A stretch of 64,000 bases of DNA from NCBI GenBank assembly GCA_030390025.1, contig CM059432.1, positions 41,666,001 to 41,730,000 of the forward strand, read 5' to 3'. Of the stretch, positions 49,505 through 63,336 are shown in pieces. Each line of letters opens with the position of its first letter. Position 1 is the stretch's first letter. This DNA is from Squalus acanthias (Eukaryota). The position numbers and the translations under genes are program-made. The notes under the pieces are model-generated. The model was not told the origin of the DNA. It did no database searches and saw only the letters and a list, made by a program, of their open reading frames with translations.

Positions 49505-50687
49505 AAACAGTGACATAAACAGAGAGAGTAGACAAGGGTAATGCAGTAGATGCAATTTATCTAGATTTCCAAAAGGCCTTCGATAAGGTGCCACATAATA
49601 GATTAATGAATAAAGTCAGAGCATGTGGAGTCAGGGGACAAGTAGCAGAATGGATAGCTAGCTGGCTTCAAGACAGAATGCAGAGAGTAGGGGTAAACGG
49701 TAGTTATTCAGTGTGGCAACAGGTGGAAAGTGGGGTCCCACAAGAATCACTGCTGAGATCACTGTTGTTCGCAATTTATATTAACAATTTAGACTTTGGA
49801 ATCAAAAACACAATTTCTACATTTGCAGATGACACCAAATTGGAGCGGGGGGGATAGTCAATACTGAGGAGGACTGCAACAAATTACAAGAAAGACATTA
49901 ATAAACTTGCAGAATGGGCATATAATTGGCAAATGAATTTCAACATGGATAAGTGTGAGGTATTACATTTTGTTAAGAAAAATAAGGAGGTCGCATATTA
50001 CTTGTAAAATATGAATCTAAATGGGGTAGAGGAACAATGGAATCTCGGAGTACAAATACACAAATCACTAAAAGGTTAAAAAGGCCATTAAAAGCAAACC
50101 AAGCTCTAGCGTTTATTTCTAGAGGGATAGAATTGAAAAGTAGAAAGGTTACGCTAAACTTGTATCGAACCTTGGTTAGACCACACTTGGAGTACTGTGT
50201 ACAATTCTGGTCGCCATATTATAAAAAGGCACCGGAGAGGGCGCAAAAAAGATGTGTGAGGTTATACCTATCAGGAAAGGATGAACAGGGAAGGAGAAGG
50301 CTGAGGGGTGACCTATTAGAGGTCTTTAAAATTATGGAAGGTTTTAATAGAGTAGACACAGAGAGAGTGTTTCCACTTGTGAGGAAGAGCAAAACTAGAG
50401 GTCATCAATATAAGAGTCACCAAGAAATCAAATAGGGAATTCAGGAGAAACTTCTTTACCCAGAGAGTGGTGAGAATGTGGAACTTGCTACCACAGGGAG
50501 TGCTTAAGGTGAATAGTACAGATGCATTTTAGGGGAGGCTAGATAAACATATGAGGGAGAAGGGAATAGAGGGTTATGTTGACAGAGTTAGATAAGGAAA
50601 GACAGGAGGAGGCTCGAGTGGAGCATAAACACTGGCATGGACTGGTTGGGCCGAATAGCCTGTTTCTGTGCTGAATATTCTATGTAA
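49505..50687 (+). mobile_element. CR1 LINE 3' 1.2 kb
   Basis: SGVPQ, FADDTKL, LVRPHLEYCVQFWSP motifs. Confidence 0.85.
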
Positions 50688-50919
50688 ACAGAAATATTAA
50701 ATGTAACTTCAATAGCAAAAATCTAATTGAAGCTCCCAGTTTATATGGGTGGTTAGCCTATGGAGCACTGTTCAGATGCTCAACTTGCGCGATCTCCCCT
50801 TATTTGTATCAAAAGTGGAATTTTAATGAGCCTGGCAGACAGCTTTCCAAATCTAGTAACTTCCATGAATATATGAAAGATAAGAATGTAATAATCAGAT
50901 TCTGATTAGATATCATAAG

Positions 50920-51345
50920 ATTTTTTTTTGTTCATGGGATGTGGGCATCGCTGGCAAGGCCAGCATTTAGTGCCCATCCCTAATTGCCTTTGAGAAGGTG
51001 GTGGTATGCCACCTTCTTGAATCACTGCAGTCCATGTGCTAAGTATACTTCTTTGTAGCGGTTTGGAACAACTGATTGGCCATTTCAGTTAAGAGTCAAC
51101 CACAAGTCACATATAGGCCAGACCAGGTAAGCAGATTTCCTTCCCTAAAGGACATTAGAGAACCAGATGGGTTTTTATGACAATCCAGTAGTTTCTGATA
51201 CTAGCTTTTTATTCCAAATGTATTTAATTAACTGAATTTAAATTCCCCAGCTGCCATGGTGGGATTATGAACTCATGTCTCTGGATCATTGGTCCAGGTC
51301 CTCTGGATTACTGGTCCAGTAACATAACCACTATGCTACCATACC
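50920..51345 (-). mobile_element. tRNA-derived SINE with family-B LINE 3' tail
   Basis: Minus-strand head TGGTAGCATAGTGG (A box)...GAGTTCATAATCCC (B-box-like); tail matches the LINE end at 20505-20615. Confidence 0.7.
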
Positions 51346-51462
51346 CAACACGAATTAATGGTCAAGATAAAGTAATTATTTTGTTATGACAACCAGTATA
51401 AAGCTGGCTATTGGAATACACTGTTATCACTTTTAAAATTGGCAAATTAATAGAATACTTAC

Positions 51463-51567
51463 ATGATCAATGAATGAACCAAGAAATCTATTTGTGGTAT
51501 TATAGGCCCTCATTCTACTTTCAGTAAGGTCACTAGAACTATTCAATATCCGGGAAGGTCCATCTGT
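51463..51567 (-). CDS. TMEM67: Meckelin exon (105 nt)
   Basis: TDGPSRILNSSSDLTESRMRAYNTTNRFLGSFIDH; CAG/GTAAGT splice sites. Confidence 0.95.
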
Positions 51568-51667
51568 CTGCAAAATTGGTACAAAATTTAGGAATAGAGC
51601 ATTTAAACTATTCTCTAAATCATATTTTGGAAATGTCTTATGGCAATAAATTAATTGGTACTCAGAC

Positions 51668-51784
51668 CCAATATAATGGCTCTCGAATCTTGTCATATTG
51701 CTCTCTGATCTTGCTTGTGATGAATATCTGAAATGTCTCAGTTTCTGTGTTGGGAACCAAGCCTCTTTGACCGCACAGGTTTTC
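51668..51784 (-). CDS. TMEM67: Meckelin exon (117 nt)
   Basis: ENLCGQRGLVPNTETETFQIFITSKIREQYDKIREPLYW; CAG acceptor, weak GTCTGA donor. Confidence 0.9.
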
Positions 51785-51825
51785 CTGTGAAGGAATAATT
51801 ATTTGGTGATCAGAATGAAAAAAAA

Positions 51826-52140
51826 ATACTTGCATTTCTATAGCGCCTTTCACGACCACAGGACGTCCCAAAGCACTTTACAGCCAATGAAGTACTTTTG
51901 AAGTGTAGTCACTGTTGTAATGTAGGAAACGCGGCAGCCAATTTGCACACAGCAAGCTCCCACAAACAGCAATGTGATAATGACCAGATAATCTGTTTTT
52001 GTGATGTTGATTGAAGGATAAATACTGGCCAGGACACCGGGGATAACTCCCTGCTCTTCTTCGAAATAGTGTCATGGGATCTTTTAGGTCCACCTGAGAG
52101 AGCAGACGGGGCCTCGGTTTAACGTCTCATCAGAAAGACG
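51826..52140 (-). mobile_element. Deu-domain SINE (SacSINE1-like), 3' part
   Basis: Same family as 22115-22430. Confidence 0.8.
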
Positions 52141-53416
52141 GATGACCACATTTAAAATTGATAGAGAGTTCACGTAATAGTTGTTACTTCCAATAATTAT
52201 AGAACAAATAAATAAAACTCGTAAGAGCTATATAGCTTTGAGATTCATAAGAAAACATGAAAGGGGTGATTTTTCTGAGTACATGCTGTTAGCAGAGAGG
52301 CTTACCTACTGGCCGCACATATCAGCAGATTGCTGTAGTGTGCTCTCAATTTCCCATATTCATGGTCAGTAGGTGAAACGTCCAACCAGCAGTGTGTACT
52401 CAGAAAATTGGCCATAAAAAGTTATGATGTGTCTTTGCTATAAGTATGCATTGAAAAATCACTTAAAAAATGTGCATAATTATATCAAAACCTCCGGAAT
52501 AGAACCTCTGCGTGATGACATTTACGTACAAAAGCTTAAAATGCTCATACTATATTCTTGTTTGTGCTGGGTTAGGGAGCAAAAAGAGCATCCAGGAAAG
52601 TAGTATGAGCACCTTGAGCACTCACATGTGAACTTTGTTGATCGGAAGTTCTATTCTATTAACACTACAAATGTATAATTATGATGACACAGATCATATT
52701 ACATACTAGATAGTTTTTCTAATCCATGAGTTTAAAGGAAAGCAGAACAATTTATTTTTGAGAGATTTAGTACCTTCAAAGTGGAAAAGCTTTGCAAAAA
52801 AAAATAAGTGTAAAACATGAATTCTACAAAATATGTATATTTGAAGCCATTTATAAACTGAAAAATGTAAAAAAAAATAATGGGCTAATTTAGCTCTACA
52901 TAAATATGTGAAATAAACTAAACTACAATTGCTGGAAAACCTGAAATAAAAACAGAAAATTCTGGAGTACACAGCAGGCTTCTTACACACTGAAAGAGAA
53001 AAGGTAGTTCAGCATTTCAGGTAGACCTTACTTCAGCCGAAACATTAAGGCCTAGAAATTCGATACAGGTAAAAACCTGCCAGTGCCACTGCAGGCCGGT
53101 GTTAACGACCACCAAAAATGGTGGCGCTGGCAGGTAAATTGGCGCTGGTGGCTAACTGACATTAGCGCAGCGCTAAATTGACTGCGCAACGCCATTCTGG
53201 TGGCGTTCGTCCCAGCAGGAGGCCCCAATGTAGCGTGACCGTAGCGTCATTGCAACACGAACAGCAATGTTAAAACAAAGCTGTCATTTCAGAAAGTAGT
53301 CGGTCTCTTAAATGAAAAAAATAAAAACCATGTAAAAATATGCAGTTTGTAGCCCTTATAGCTCAACTACCTTCTGAAATTTTTTTTTACTTTAAAAAGA
53401 ATTTCCAAAGGGGAGT

Positions 53417-56400
53417 ACATAAGACATAAGAAATAGGAGCAGGAATAAGTCATTTGGCCCTTCGAGCCTGCTCCGCCATTCAATAAGATCATGGCTGATC
53501 TTCTACCTCATCTCCACTTTCCTCATATCCCTTGGTTCCCTTAATATTCAAAAATCTATCGATCTCTGTCTTGAATATACTCAACGACTGAGCCTCCACA
53601 ACTCACTGTGGTAGAGAATTCCAAAGATTCACCACCCTCTGAGTGAAGAAATTTCTCCTCATCTCAGTCCTAAATGGCCGACCCCTTATTCTGAGACTCT
53701 GACCCCTGGTTCTAGACTCCCCAGCCAGGGGACACACCCTCCTTGCATCTACCCTGTCAAGCCCTGTAAAAATGTTGTATGTTTCAATGAGAACACCTCT
53801 CATTCTTCTAAACTCTAGAGAATATAGGCCTAGTCTACTCAATCTCTCCTCATAGGACAATCCCCCCATCACAGGAACCAGTTTGGTGAACCTTTGTTGC
53901 ACTCCCTCTATGGCAAGTATATCCTTCCTTAGGTAAGGAGACCAAAACTGTACACAATACTCCAGGTGTGGTCTCACCAGGGCCCTATATAATTGCAGTA
54001 AGATGTCTTTACTCTTATACTCAAATCCTCTTGTAATAAAGGCCAATATACCATTTGCTTTCCTAATTGCTTGCTGTACCTGCATATTAACTTTCAGTGA
54101 TTTGTGTACAAGGACACCCAGGTCCCTCTGAACACCAACATTTCCCAATCTCTCACCATTTAAAAAATACTCTGCTTTTCTATTTTTCCTACCAATTTTT
54201 CCTACTTCACATTTCTGCACATTATATTCCATTTGCCATGTTCTTGCCCACTCAAGTAGCCTGTCTATATTCCCTTGAAGCCTCCTTGCATCCTCCTATC
54301 CTCCTCTACAACTTACATTCCCATCCAGCTTTGTATCATCAGCAAACTTGCATATACAGTATTACATTTGGTCCTCTCAGCCAAATCATTGATGTAGAAA
54401 AGAGGCCCAAGCACTGATCCTTGCGGTACCCCACTAGTTACAGCCTGCCAACCCGAAAATGACCCGTTTATTCCTACTCTCTGTTTTCTGTCCATTAACC
54501 AATCCTCAATCCATGCTAGTATGTTACCCCCAATCCCATGCGCCCTAATTTTGTTTAGTAACCTCTTTAGTGGCACCTTATCGAATGCCTTCTGAAAATC
54601 CAAATACACCACATCTACTGGTTCCCCCTTATCTATTCTGCTAGTTACAACCTCAAAAAACTCGAACAGATTTGTCAAACACGATTTCCCTTTCATAAAT
54701 CCGTATTGACTCTGCCCAGTCCTATTAATATTTTCTAAGTGCCCTGTTACCTCGTCCTTAATAATAGATTCTAGCATTTTCCCTACTACTGATGTCAGGC
54801 TAACTGGTCTGTAGTTCCCTGTTTTTCTCTCTCCCTCCTTTCTTAAATAGTGGGGTTACATTTGCTACCTTCCAATCCGCGGGAACCGATCCAGAATCTA
54901 TGGAATTTTGGAAAATGGCAACCAATGCATCCACTATCTCTATAGCCATCTCCTTCAAAATCTACGATGTAGGCCATCAGGTCCAGGGGATTTATCGGCT
55001 TACAGTCCCATTAATTTCTCCAGTACTATTTTTTTTACTAATACTAATTTCTTTCAGTTCCTCATTCTCACTGGAGCCTTGGTTCTCCACTATTTCCGGG
55101 AAGTTTATTGCGTCTTCTTCGGGCTGGATTTTGTCTTGGGGTCGGGTTGGGGTCGTGTAATCCGCATTTCGTGTTTCCCCCCCGACTCCAGATTAATGTG
55201 GAAAAATGATGCAATTTTCACTTAATTGGGCAATTGAGTTCCAGCATGTGGGAACCCATGAACCAATTAGTGGTTTCAGTCTGAAAGTTGCCTCTGATGA
55301 TGCCATCATTGCTGACTGCCTAGTCTCAGAGACTGTTGGTGAGAGAGGACATGCCTGGCTTGCTTTTGATGTGAGTGGACCTGGATGCAAAATATGGGGG
55401 GGGGGGAGAAGGACAGAGAGAGAGAGAGAGAGAGAGAATTTTTTTTGCATCCAAGTCCTCTCACAGCAAAGGCCAGGCAGTCTCTGAACACATTCAATGC
55501 AGCAGCGGCGACTTTCAGACCTAATACTACTACTACCTTCATCACATCTCCGTTGTAATAGTGGACCTGCAGCTGATAGTCAGCTGTCCACTTGTGCTCC
55601 CGCCAGGTTTCACTGGAGTGTTTCACACCAGGCGTACTTCACGTCAGAAAAGGGTTAAACTAGCTAAAACGTTTCAAAATGGCATTACAGAGCCAATTTA
55701 GAGCTTGTTAAGGGCTTTAATGGCCTCTCCCGCCTCTTGGAGGCGGGACGGAGTCGGGGACCCCGCGACTGATTTTGTCAAAATTGCGTGGAGGCGGGAT
55801 GGAGTCGGGATGGGGTCGGAAACCCCGACCCCGCAAATTTAACCCCCCACATGCCTCCAAACCCGACTCCATGGGTCATTCAAAATCCAGCCCAAAGTAT
55901 TTGTTTAATTTCTGTCATTTCCTTATTCCCCATCATAACTTCTCCTGTCTCAGCCTGTAAGGGACCCACATTTATTTTCGCTAATCTTTTCCAGTCTGTT
56001 TTTATGTCTCTCGCTAGTTTACTCTCATATTCTATTTTCCCTTTCTTTATCAATTTCTTGGTCCTCCTTTGCTGAATTCTAAAATCCTCCCAATCCTCAG
56101 GCTTACAACTCTTTTTGGCAAAATTATAAGCCTCTTCTTTTGATCTAATACTATCTTTAACTTCTCTTGTTAGGCACGGTTGGACCACTTTTCCTGTGGG
56201 GGGTTTTGTGCCTTAAAGGAATGTATATTTGGAATAAATTATTTATTAATTCTTTAAATGCTAGCCATTGCTTGTCTACCATCATAATGTAGTTTCCCAA
56301 TCTACCATAGCCAACTCGGCCCCTCATACCTACGTAGTTTGCTTTGTTTAGATTTAAGACCCTAGTTTCAGATTTAACTAAATCACTTTCAAACTGAATA

Positions 56401-56910
56401 TAAAATTCTATCATATTATGGTCACTCTTCCCTAAAGGCCCCTTTACTACAAGGTTATTAATTAAGCCTTTCTCATTGCACAATACTAGATCTAAAATAG
56501 CATGTTCCCTAGTTGTTTCCTCAACATACTGATCTAGAAAACTATCTTGCATACATTCCATGAATTCGTCCTCCACACTATTACTGCAAATTTGGTTTGC
56601 CCAGTCCATATGTAAATTAAAGTCCCCCATGATCACTTTATTACCCTTGTTACATGCGCCTCTAATTTTCTGATTTATACTCTGCCCTACATTACAACTA
56701 CTGTTTGGGGGCCTATAAACAAATCCCACCAATGTTTTCTGCCCCTTGCTGTTTCTTAGCTCTACCCAAACTGATTCTACTTCTTGATTTTCGGAGCTAA
56801 GATCCTTTCTCTCTACTGTCTTTATCACATCCTTTATTATCAGGGCTACCCCTCCTCCTTTTCCATTTTGCCTATCTCTTCTAAAACTTGAGTATCCTGG
56901 AATATTCTTC
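53417..56910 (-). mobile_element. CR1 LINE ORF2 (endonuclease plus RT)
   Basis: VYRPPNS, MGDFN, SDHNMI; YLDFQKAFDKVP, SGVPQGSVLGP; RNFFTQRVVNLWNSLPQ. Confidence 0.9.
55121..55893. mobile_element. Harbinger-type MITE nested in CR1
   Basis: Perfect 13-bp TIR GGGCTGGATTTTG / CAAAATCCAGCCC. Confidence 0.8.
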
Positions 56911-58178
56911 AGAGTCCTCAGCTCTTAGAGCTGAATTGCGTTCTGCACTTAAAAGAAATGCTAAAAGTGCTCCAGCACTAACACAACTGGCTCAGCAAAC
57001 TAGGGAAGGGGCCCCCAGGGTCTTGCATGCAGCACTCCAGCTTTGTGCAGGGAGTCAACACTGCAAGAGAGGCCCTCTACCCACAGGGGCCAGGAGGCCC
57101 TCCAGAAAGAATGATGTGGGACTAGATCACCGAGGCCATCACTGCCAGTAGTGTTGCCCCCACGACCTGGCATTAGTGCCCAAAGAAGCATCATGACCTC
57201 AGACCAGTGGTCAAGGTCAGTGAATGCATCTTCAAAAGCCGTCTCCTACCAACTGCACCACTAGCCTCACACACTGCTCAATGCATGCATCCCCCACCCC
57301 GCCCGCTCCCAATCACTTGCCTACCAACAATCTGTACCAAGCACGAGGCACACCTCTCATTCCTAGCTTCACCTCACCCCCTTGGAAGAGATGGTGCAGG
57401 CCATCCTTGGCAGGGGCATGGCTGAGCCCTTGGCTAGTGGTGGGGTATAAGATGCTGGTATCCTCATACGTTATCCTCCTTCTTGCATGTACCTCTTGCT
57501 TTCCTGCTCTTTCCTCACCACAACTCCACCCTTGTGCCTTCCTCATTTCACACACCCAAGAATGCAGCCTGCCCAGCCAGTGGTTGACCAAGAAGAGGGA
57601 GAGGAGAGTGAAGAAGAAGAAGAAGAATACCGTCACTCGATTTCACACTCCCAGCCACCAGCTCCTCAAGGTTGACCAGCAAGGCCATTTGCGGTGACCC
57701 CCACCGAAAGTCAGCAGCCTTCCACCAGCCATGCTGCAGCTACTGGGGTAGCACTGTGTAACATCACTGGGATAGGCAAAAGCACACACAAGACAGTCAC
57801 TAAGGGAATGCGTAAGGGCGATGAGTTGATTTCTTGATGTCATATTGGATGGATAGATGTATAAAGTTGGATTGGAAAGTTTACTTTGTGTTGGCTTTTA
57901 TTTCAGCATTGTGGCCAAGAGGACGCTGTGATGGTCAGTAACAGAGGGAAGATAAGGTGTGGGACAAATGTTGAAAGGGCAATTGGGGTTGTGTTCACTG
58001 GTACCTCTGCCATTTTTCGCCACAATTCCAGTGCTAACAGGTGGTGCTAAGGTAGGGAATTTCGAGGCCTAACTTTTTCATTTTTCAGATACTGGCAGAC
58101 CTGTTGTATATTTCCAGCATTTTTAGCTTTTATTTCTGCTGTACATATGTTGAGTTTTGTGCAACAGACAAGTTATTA

Positions 58179-58298
<120 letters not shown>

Positions 58299-58421
58299 CT
58301 ACAAAATAAGAATGTAGATCCAGAATAAATATCTACTTTGATTTTGTGAAAACAATTTTTAAAAATGTGGTAACATTTCTTCAAAAGAAAGAGAAGTTAA
58401 ATATTACAGTATAATACTCAC

Positions 58422-58502
58422 ATTACTTATTGAGCAAACATCAATAAACTGGCTTACTCTGTCTTCCACAAATCGTTCATAAATACCTGTGCAGAAAATT
58501 AC
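58422..58502 (-). CDS. TMEM67: Meckelin exon (81 nt); upstream exons not identified in this window
   Basis: VIFCTGIYERFVEDRVSQFIDVCSISN; TAG/GTGAGT splice sites. Confidence 0.95.
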
Positions 58503-58710
58503 CTACGAACAAAACACACTAGTTTAACTATTTGAAGCTACATTTCAAAATGATCAAAAGTTACTATTCTTCATTTACACATATTGTACTAATCTATTAT
58601 GGAAATATATATGACCATACCTTATTTAATGGAAATTTTAAAATTCTTAGGAGCAAAACACTTGAACAGAGAATTTCACACTTGAACACTTACAAAGAAT
58701 TATGATTAAC

Positions 58711-59390
58711 TTTAATAAGAACATAAGAAATAGGAGCAGGAATAGGCCAGTTGGCCCCTCGAGCCTGCTCCGCCATTCAATAAGATCATGGCTGATCTTG
58801 GGCTCAAAGCCACTTCCCCGCCCGCTCTCCATAACCCTTCACTCCCTTATCTTGCAAAAATCTGTCTATCTCCACCTTAAATGTATTTAGTGATCCAGCC
58901 TCCACGGCTCTCTGGGGCAGAGAATTCCACAGATTTATGACCCTCTGAGAGAAGAAATTCCTCCTCATCTCAGTTCTAAAAGGGCGACCCTTTATTCTAA
59001 AACTGTGCCCCCGCGTTCTAGGTTTCCCCACGAGGGGAAACATCCACTCTGCATCTACCTTGTCGAGCCCCCTCAGTATCTTATATGTTTCACCTCTCAT
59101 TCTTCTAAATTCCAATGAGTATAGGCCCAGCCTGCTCAACCTTTCCTCATAAGTCAACCCCCTCATCTCTGGAATTAACCGAGTGAATCGTCTCTGAACT
59201 GCCTCCAATGCAAGTATATCCTTCCTTAAATAAGGAGACCAAAACTGTACGCGGTACTCAAGGTGTGGTCTCACCAATACCCTGTACAGTTGTAGCAGGA
59301 CTTCCCTGCTTTTATACTCCAACCCCTTTGAAATAAAGGCCAACATTCCATTTGCCTTTTTGATTACTTGCTGTACCTGCATGCTAACTA
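58711..59390 (-). mobile_element. CR1 3' fragment
   Basis: 192-aa ORF of the CR1 C-terminus. Confidence 0.9.
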
Positions 59391-59991
59391 ATGTCCTTTA
59401 TTTCTACTGTTTTAAATAGATTTATTTAAATGATATGGGGCGAATTCGCTAAAAGAGTTTACTGAGCCTGACACTGTGGAGGAGCTAAAGTGCATTGATA
59501 GAGATCAACAACTTTATAAAAAGGCAGAACAAGGAATGATAATGGAAACTGTATAGCCTCAGTAATCTTGCAATTTTATACATGCACCTTAATAGTTCCT
59601 TCATAATCACAGCAGGCCTACCAACTCTACTGCATTTGACAGGAGCTTCACAAGTGTGACTGCAATCTTAGCCTGTGGAGAACAATTTTTTCCATATTGT
59701 AGAATGGCACAACAAAGACTACGGCTGCGATTTTACCATTGGTGGTGGGTTGGAGTCGGGTTGGCTGTTCGGCGGGTTCTGGTCCTGCTGCCGGTTTCAG
59801 CCACTCTGAATTAACGATTTTCTCTTAACTGGGCTTATAGCCTGTCGTGCGCGCTACCCGGCCCAATCAGTGGGTTCGGGTCTGCTGTTCGCCTCTGCTG
59901 ACGTCTTCCAGCCAGCTGCATTTAAGGGGCCCGTGCAGCCTTGTGGTTTTTCATTCATATTCTGATGCTTCTCAGTGTAGCAGATAGCGAG

Positions 59992-61895
59992 ATGACAGCT
60001 TCAAGATCAAAGGCCTCTCCAAGATTCGATGATGACTCCCTCCATGCTCTTGTGGAGGGAGTGAGAGGGCGCAAAGAGGTTCTGTATCCCTCAAATGGAT
60101 GGAGGAAGCCTCCTCAGAAAACCAAGGCAGCCTGGCTGCAAATTGCTGAGAAGATCTTTGTACTCATGCACCTGGGTTCAGTGCCGCAAAAGATTCAATA
60201 ATCTGCTACGCTCAGCAAAAGTGAGTATAACATCACACTTACCTTCAATCTGCTCCCCATCTTCTCTCATCACCAGCACTATGCATTGTCAACCTACTCC
60301 TGCACATCCCACTTTACCCTTACATCCCTTGCACTCTAAACCTTCCCTCTCTCTCTATGTACAGAATCACTCCACCATTCTACTATGCACCCCTCACATT
60401 CGATAACACTGTTATGCAATGACAACAACTAACAACGCACAGGGAGGGACCTTGGTATTGGCACCTCACTCCATCTTTGTCTCCCTCTAAGCATCTATGC
60501 TACGGATTCTCTACACTCACTCCAACATTCTCACTCAAACTCCACTTGTACTCCTCATTGCAGGAAAAGAGAGCCCACAATAAGAGGGAGAGGGGGAAGA
60601 CAGGAGGAGGGCCACCTTTCATGGCGCACTTGACCACCGCTGAGGAGGCTGCTCTCGACAACGTCGGAGGTGCTGAGGAGCTGGAAGTGGGGTACGGAGA
60701 GACGGGCGCAGTAGAGCAAGCTGGTGACAGAATAGATTTGCAACCCTCTCATTTAGATTGCATGAGTGACTGATATGGCATCTGATGTTCATACAGATTG
60801 AGTTCTGATCATCTGCACAATTGGATGTGTCTGCTACGTTAATATCACATGTCTAACTCATGTCTTTACTCCCCCACAGGACCATCGAGAGCCCCCCTCC
60901 CCACTGTCCAGGACGAAAAGCCGGAAGACTCCTCAGAGGAAGCTGCAACCTCTGAGGGTGCAGTGTCAGGAGAATTGAGCGCACCCAGCACCAGTGCAGA
61001 GACGCACACCTCGCTGGGTCATTTGCGAGACAGATTAGTTTTGTCACCTGGTGTATCACAGTTCACAAGTGAGCATCAGCAGATGGTGGAGACAGGGAAA
61101 ACAGTGGAGAGTCCTTGTCGGAGGCCGCAGGACGCTCCTAGCTCTGCTCAGCTGCATGTGGACCCTGTGCCTCTGGGGCCATCCAGAAAAAGAGCGGTGC
61201 TGGAACTTCAGCAACAAGTGCAGGAGTCTCTGACAGGGTTTGCAACCACTGTAACTGCGAGTGTGCAGAGAATGGAGGAGTCCATCTCAAACATGAGCAG
61301 TGCCGTGGTGCACTCAATGGCGAATGTAGGTGCCGCCATGGAAAGGATAGCCACCTCCATGGAGGACATAAATCGTCAGATGCAAATGAACATGGTGACT
61401 CTTCTAAATAGATGGTCTGTAATGGAGGACAGATGGCCATCTATTGAGGAGAGGAACCAGAGGTACATGGACGTCCCCGTTATGAGGACTGTCAGTACAG
61501 AGACGGGTCCTCGTGGCCCCACTGATGTACGGCAAGGTGCTCTCCAGCTACTTGCTAGCAGTGAAGTGCGGGCGACCCATGAGAGGGATGTTGGTGGTCG
61601 ACAACAAGCAAGTGTGGGCTCCTCTGCAAGCGCTCACACTCCCATTCCACTACGGAGCCCTCGGTCAGAGCCCCAGATTCCTCACCCAACTCAGCTGGCC
61701 ATCTCAGCCCCTGCACAGCCACAGGAGGAGCAGATTGTTGCCGAGCCCTCCCAGGCTCCCAAACCCAGAGGACGCCCGCCAAAGGTGTTGAAGCAGGTGC
61801 AGCATGAAAGTGAGCAAGGTGCCTCAACATCTGCTGAAGCCACAGGGGAAGCAGCATGTAGAAGCACGCATAAGAGAAAGTTAACACACAAATAG
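59992..61895 (+). pseudogene. Harbinger Myb/SANT-like (NAIF1/MSANTD-type) DNA-binding protein, 3 exons (59992-60220, 60564-60723, 60880-61895)
   Basis: PRFDDDSLHALVEGV...AWLQIAEK...TWVQCRKRFNNL; EKRAHNKRERGKTGGG; GT-AG introns; frameshift in exon 1. Confidence 0.85.
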
Positions 61896-62120
61896 TCACA
61901 AGGGTAGTCACTTGGGTGTTTTGATCTAATACAAAGTGAAGAATGTCATCGTTATTTCAATTGTAATAAAGAAATGCGATGGCAAAGATTCAAATAGTTG
62001 GCCTATGTGTGTCCAGAAATGGAAGTGTCAGAGTGAGGGGTGAGGGCGCCTTTCATCTGTAATGATGGTGGTGAGAGTGATAGGAACCCACAGTTTATTG
62101 TACAGATGCTGTATGGTGTG

Positions 62121-63336
62121 TTACGCGAATCTGGCATGGAATAGTGCATCCCTTGCCTCACGGCCAGCAATGTGCTCGCGTGCTGGTGGAACTGGCACAT
62201 CCGCCTCCGCAAGTTCTTCCTCCTTCTCCTCCTCCTCTGAGGAGGCTGTGCACTGAGCCACTTGTTCCTCAGGAAGCGGTAAGCCACGTTGCTGTGTGAT
62301 GTTGTGCAGTGCACAGCAGACCACGATGATTCTGGAGACCCTGGCTGGTAAGTACTGCAGAGCTTCATCAGATCTGTTGAGGCATCTGAATTGCATTTTG
62401 AGCAAGCCGATAGTTTGGTCTAAGATGCTTCTGGTGAAAATGTGGCTCACATTGTAGCGCTCCTCAGCTTCGTTTGATGGCCTCCTCATTGGTGTCATGA
62501 GCCACATCTTCAGGGGATAGCCCTTGTCTCCAAGTAGCCATCCGGAAAGTTGGGTTGGCGGATTGAACAACTGAGGCACAGTAGACTGCCGCAGGATGAA
62601 CGAGTCATGGCAACGCCAGGGAACTTGGTGCAAACATGCATAATGTTCTTCCTGTGGTTACACGCCAGCTAGACGTTAAGGGAGTGGAAGCCCTTGCAGT
62701 TGACAAATACAGCTGGGTTGTGTTGGGGTGCCCTAATGGCCACATGTGTTCAGTCTACGACGCCCTGCACCCTTGGAAAGCCTGCCATATTTGCAAAGCC
62801 AACTGCACGCGTGGTTACACTTGCTTCATCTGTGGAGAAGTGGATGTAATTGTGCACCTTTGCAAAGAGGGCATCGGTAACCTGCGTGATGCAAGTGTGT
62901 GCGGCCGACTGGGAGATGCTGCTGATGTCTGCTGATGACCCCTGGAAGGACCCTAAAGCAAAAAATTTGAGGGCAGTGGTGACTTTGACAGCCACTGGTA
63001 AGGAGTGTCCGCCCGCTCCTCTGGGCTCCAGGTGTTGGTGCAGCATTGCGCAGATGTTAGTGACTACCTCTCGCGAAAGTCTCAGCCTCCTTTGGCACTG
63101 CTGCTCACTCATGTTGAGGAAGCTCATCCTCGGCCTGTAAACCCAGTGTTGTGGGTATCTCCTGCAGCGAGGTGCAGCCCTGCGCTGATGCCCTCTGCCC
63201 TGTGCAGCATCAGGTGAGTGAGGAGGAGGTTGGCGCTCCTGTTGTTGCTGCTGCTGTTGTGCCTGTTCTGCTGTTGCCACAGCTGCTCTTCCTCCGATTC
63301 TGAGGACCAGGATGAGAGGGTATAAATGGTTCCCAT
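62121..63336 (-). pseudogene. Harbinger DDE transposase (HARBI1-like), frameshifted
   Basis: [52 protein letters not shown]. Confidence 0.9.

Larger units (their letters stand above)
53049..58069. mobile_element. Degraded Harbinger element carrying a nested CR1 and MITE
   Basis: TIR GGCCTAGAAATTC / GAATTTCGAGGCC; TAA TSD at 53046-53048 and 58070-58072; Myb-like remnant near 57040-57215; flanks are a split Penelope-type fragment. Confidence 0.75.
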
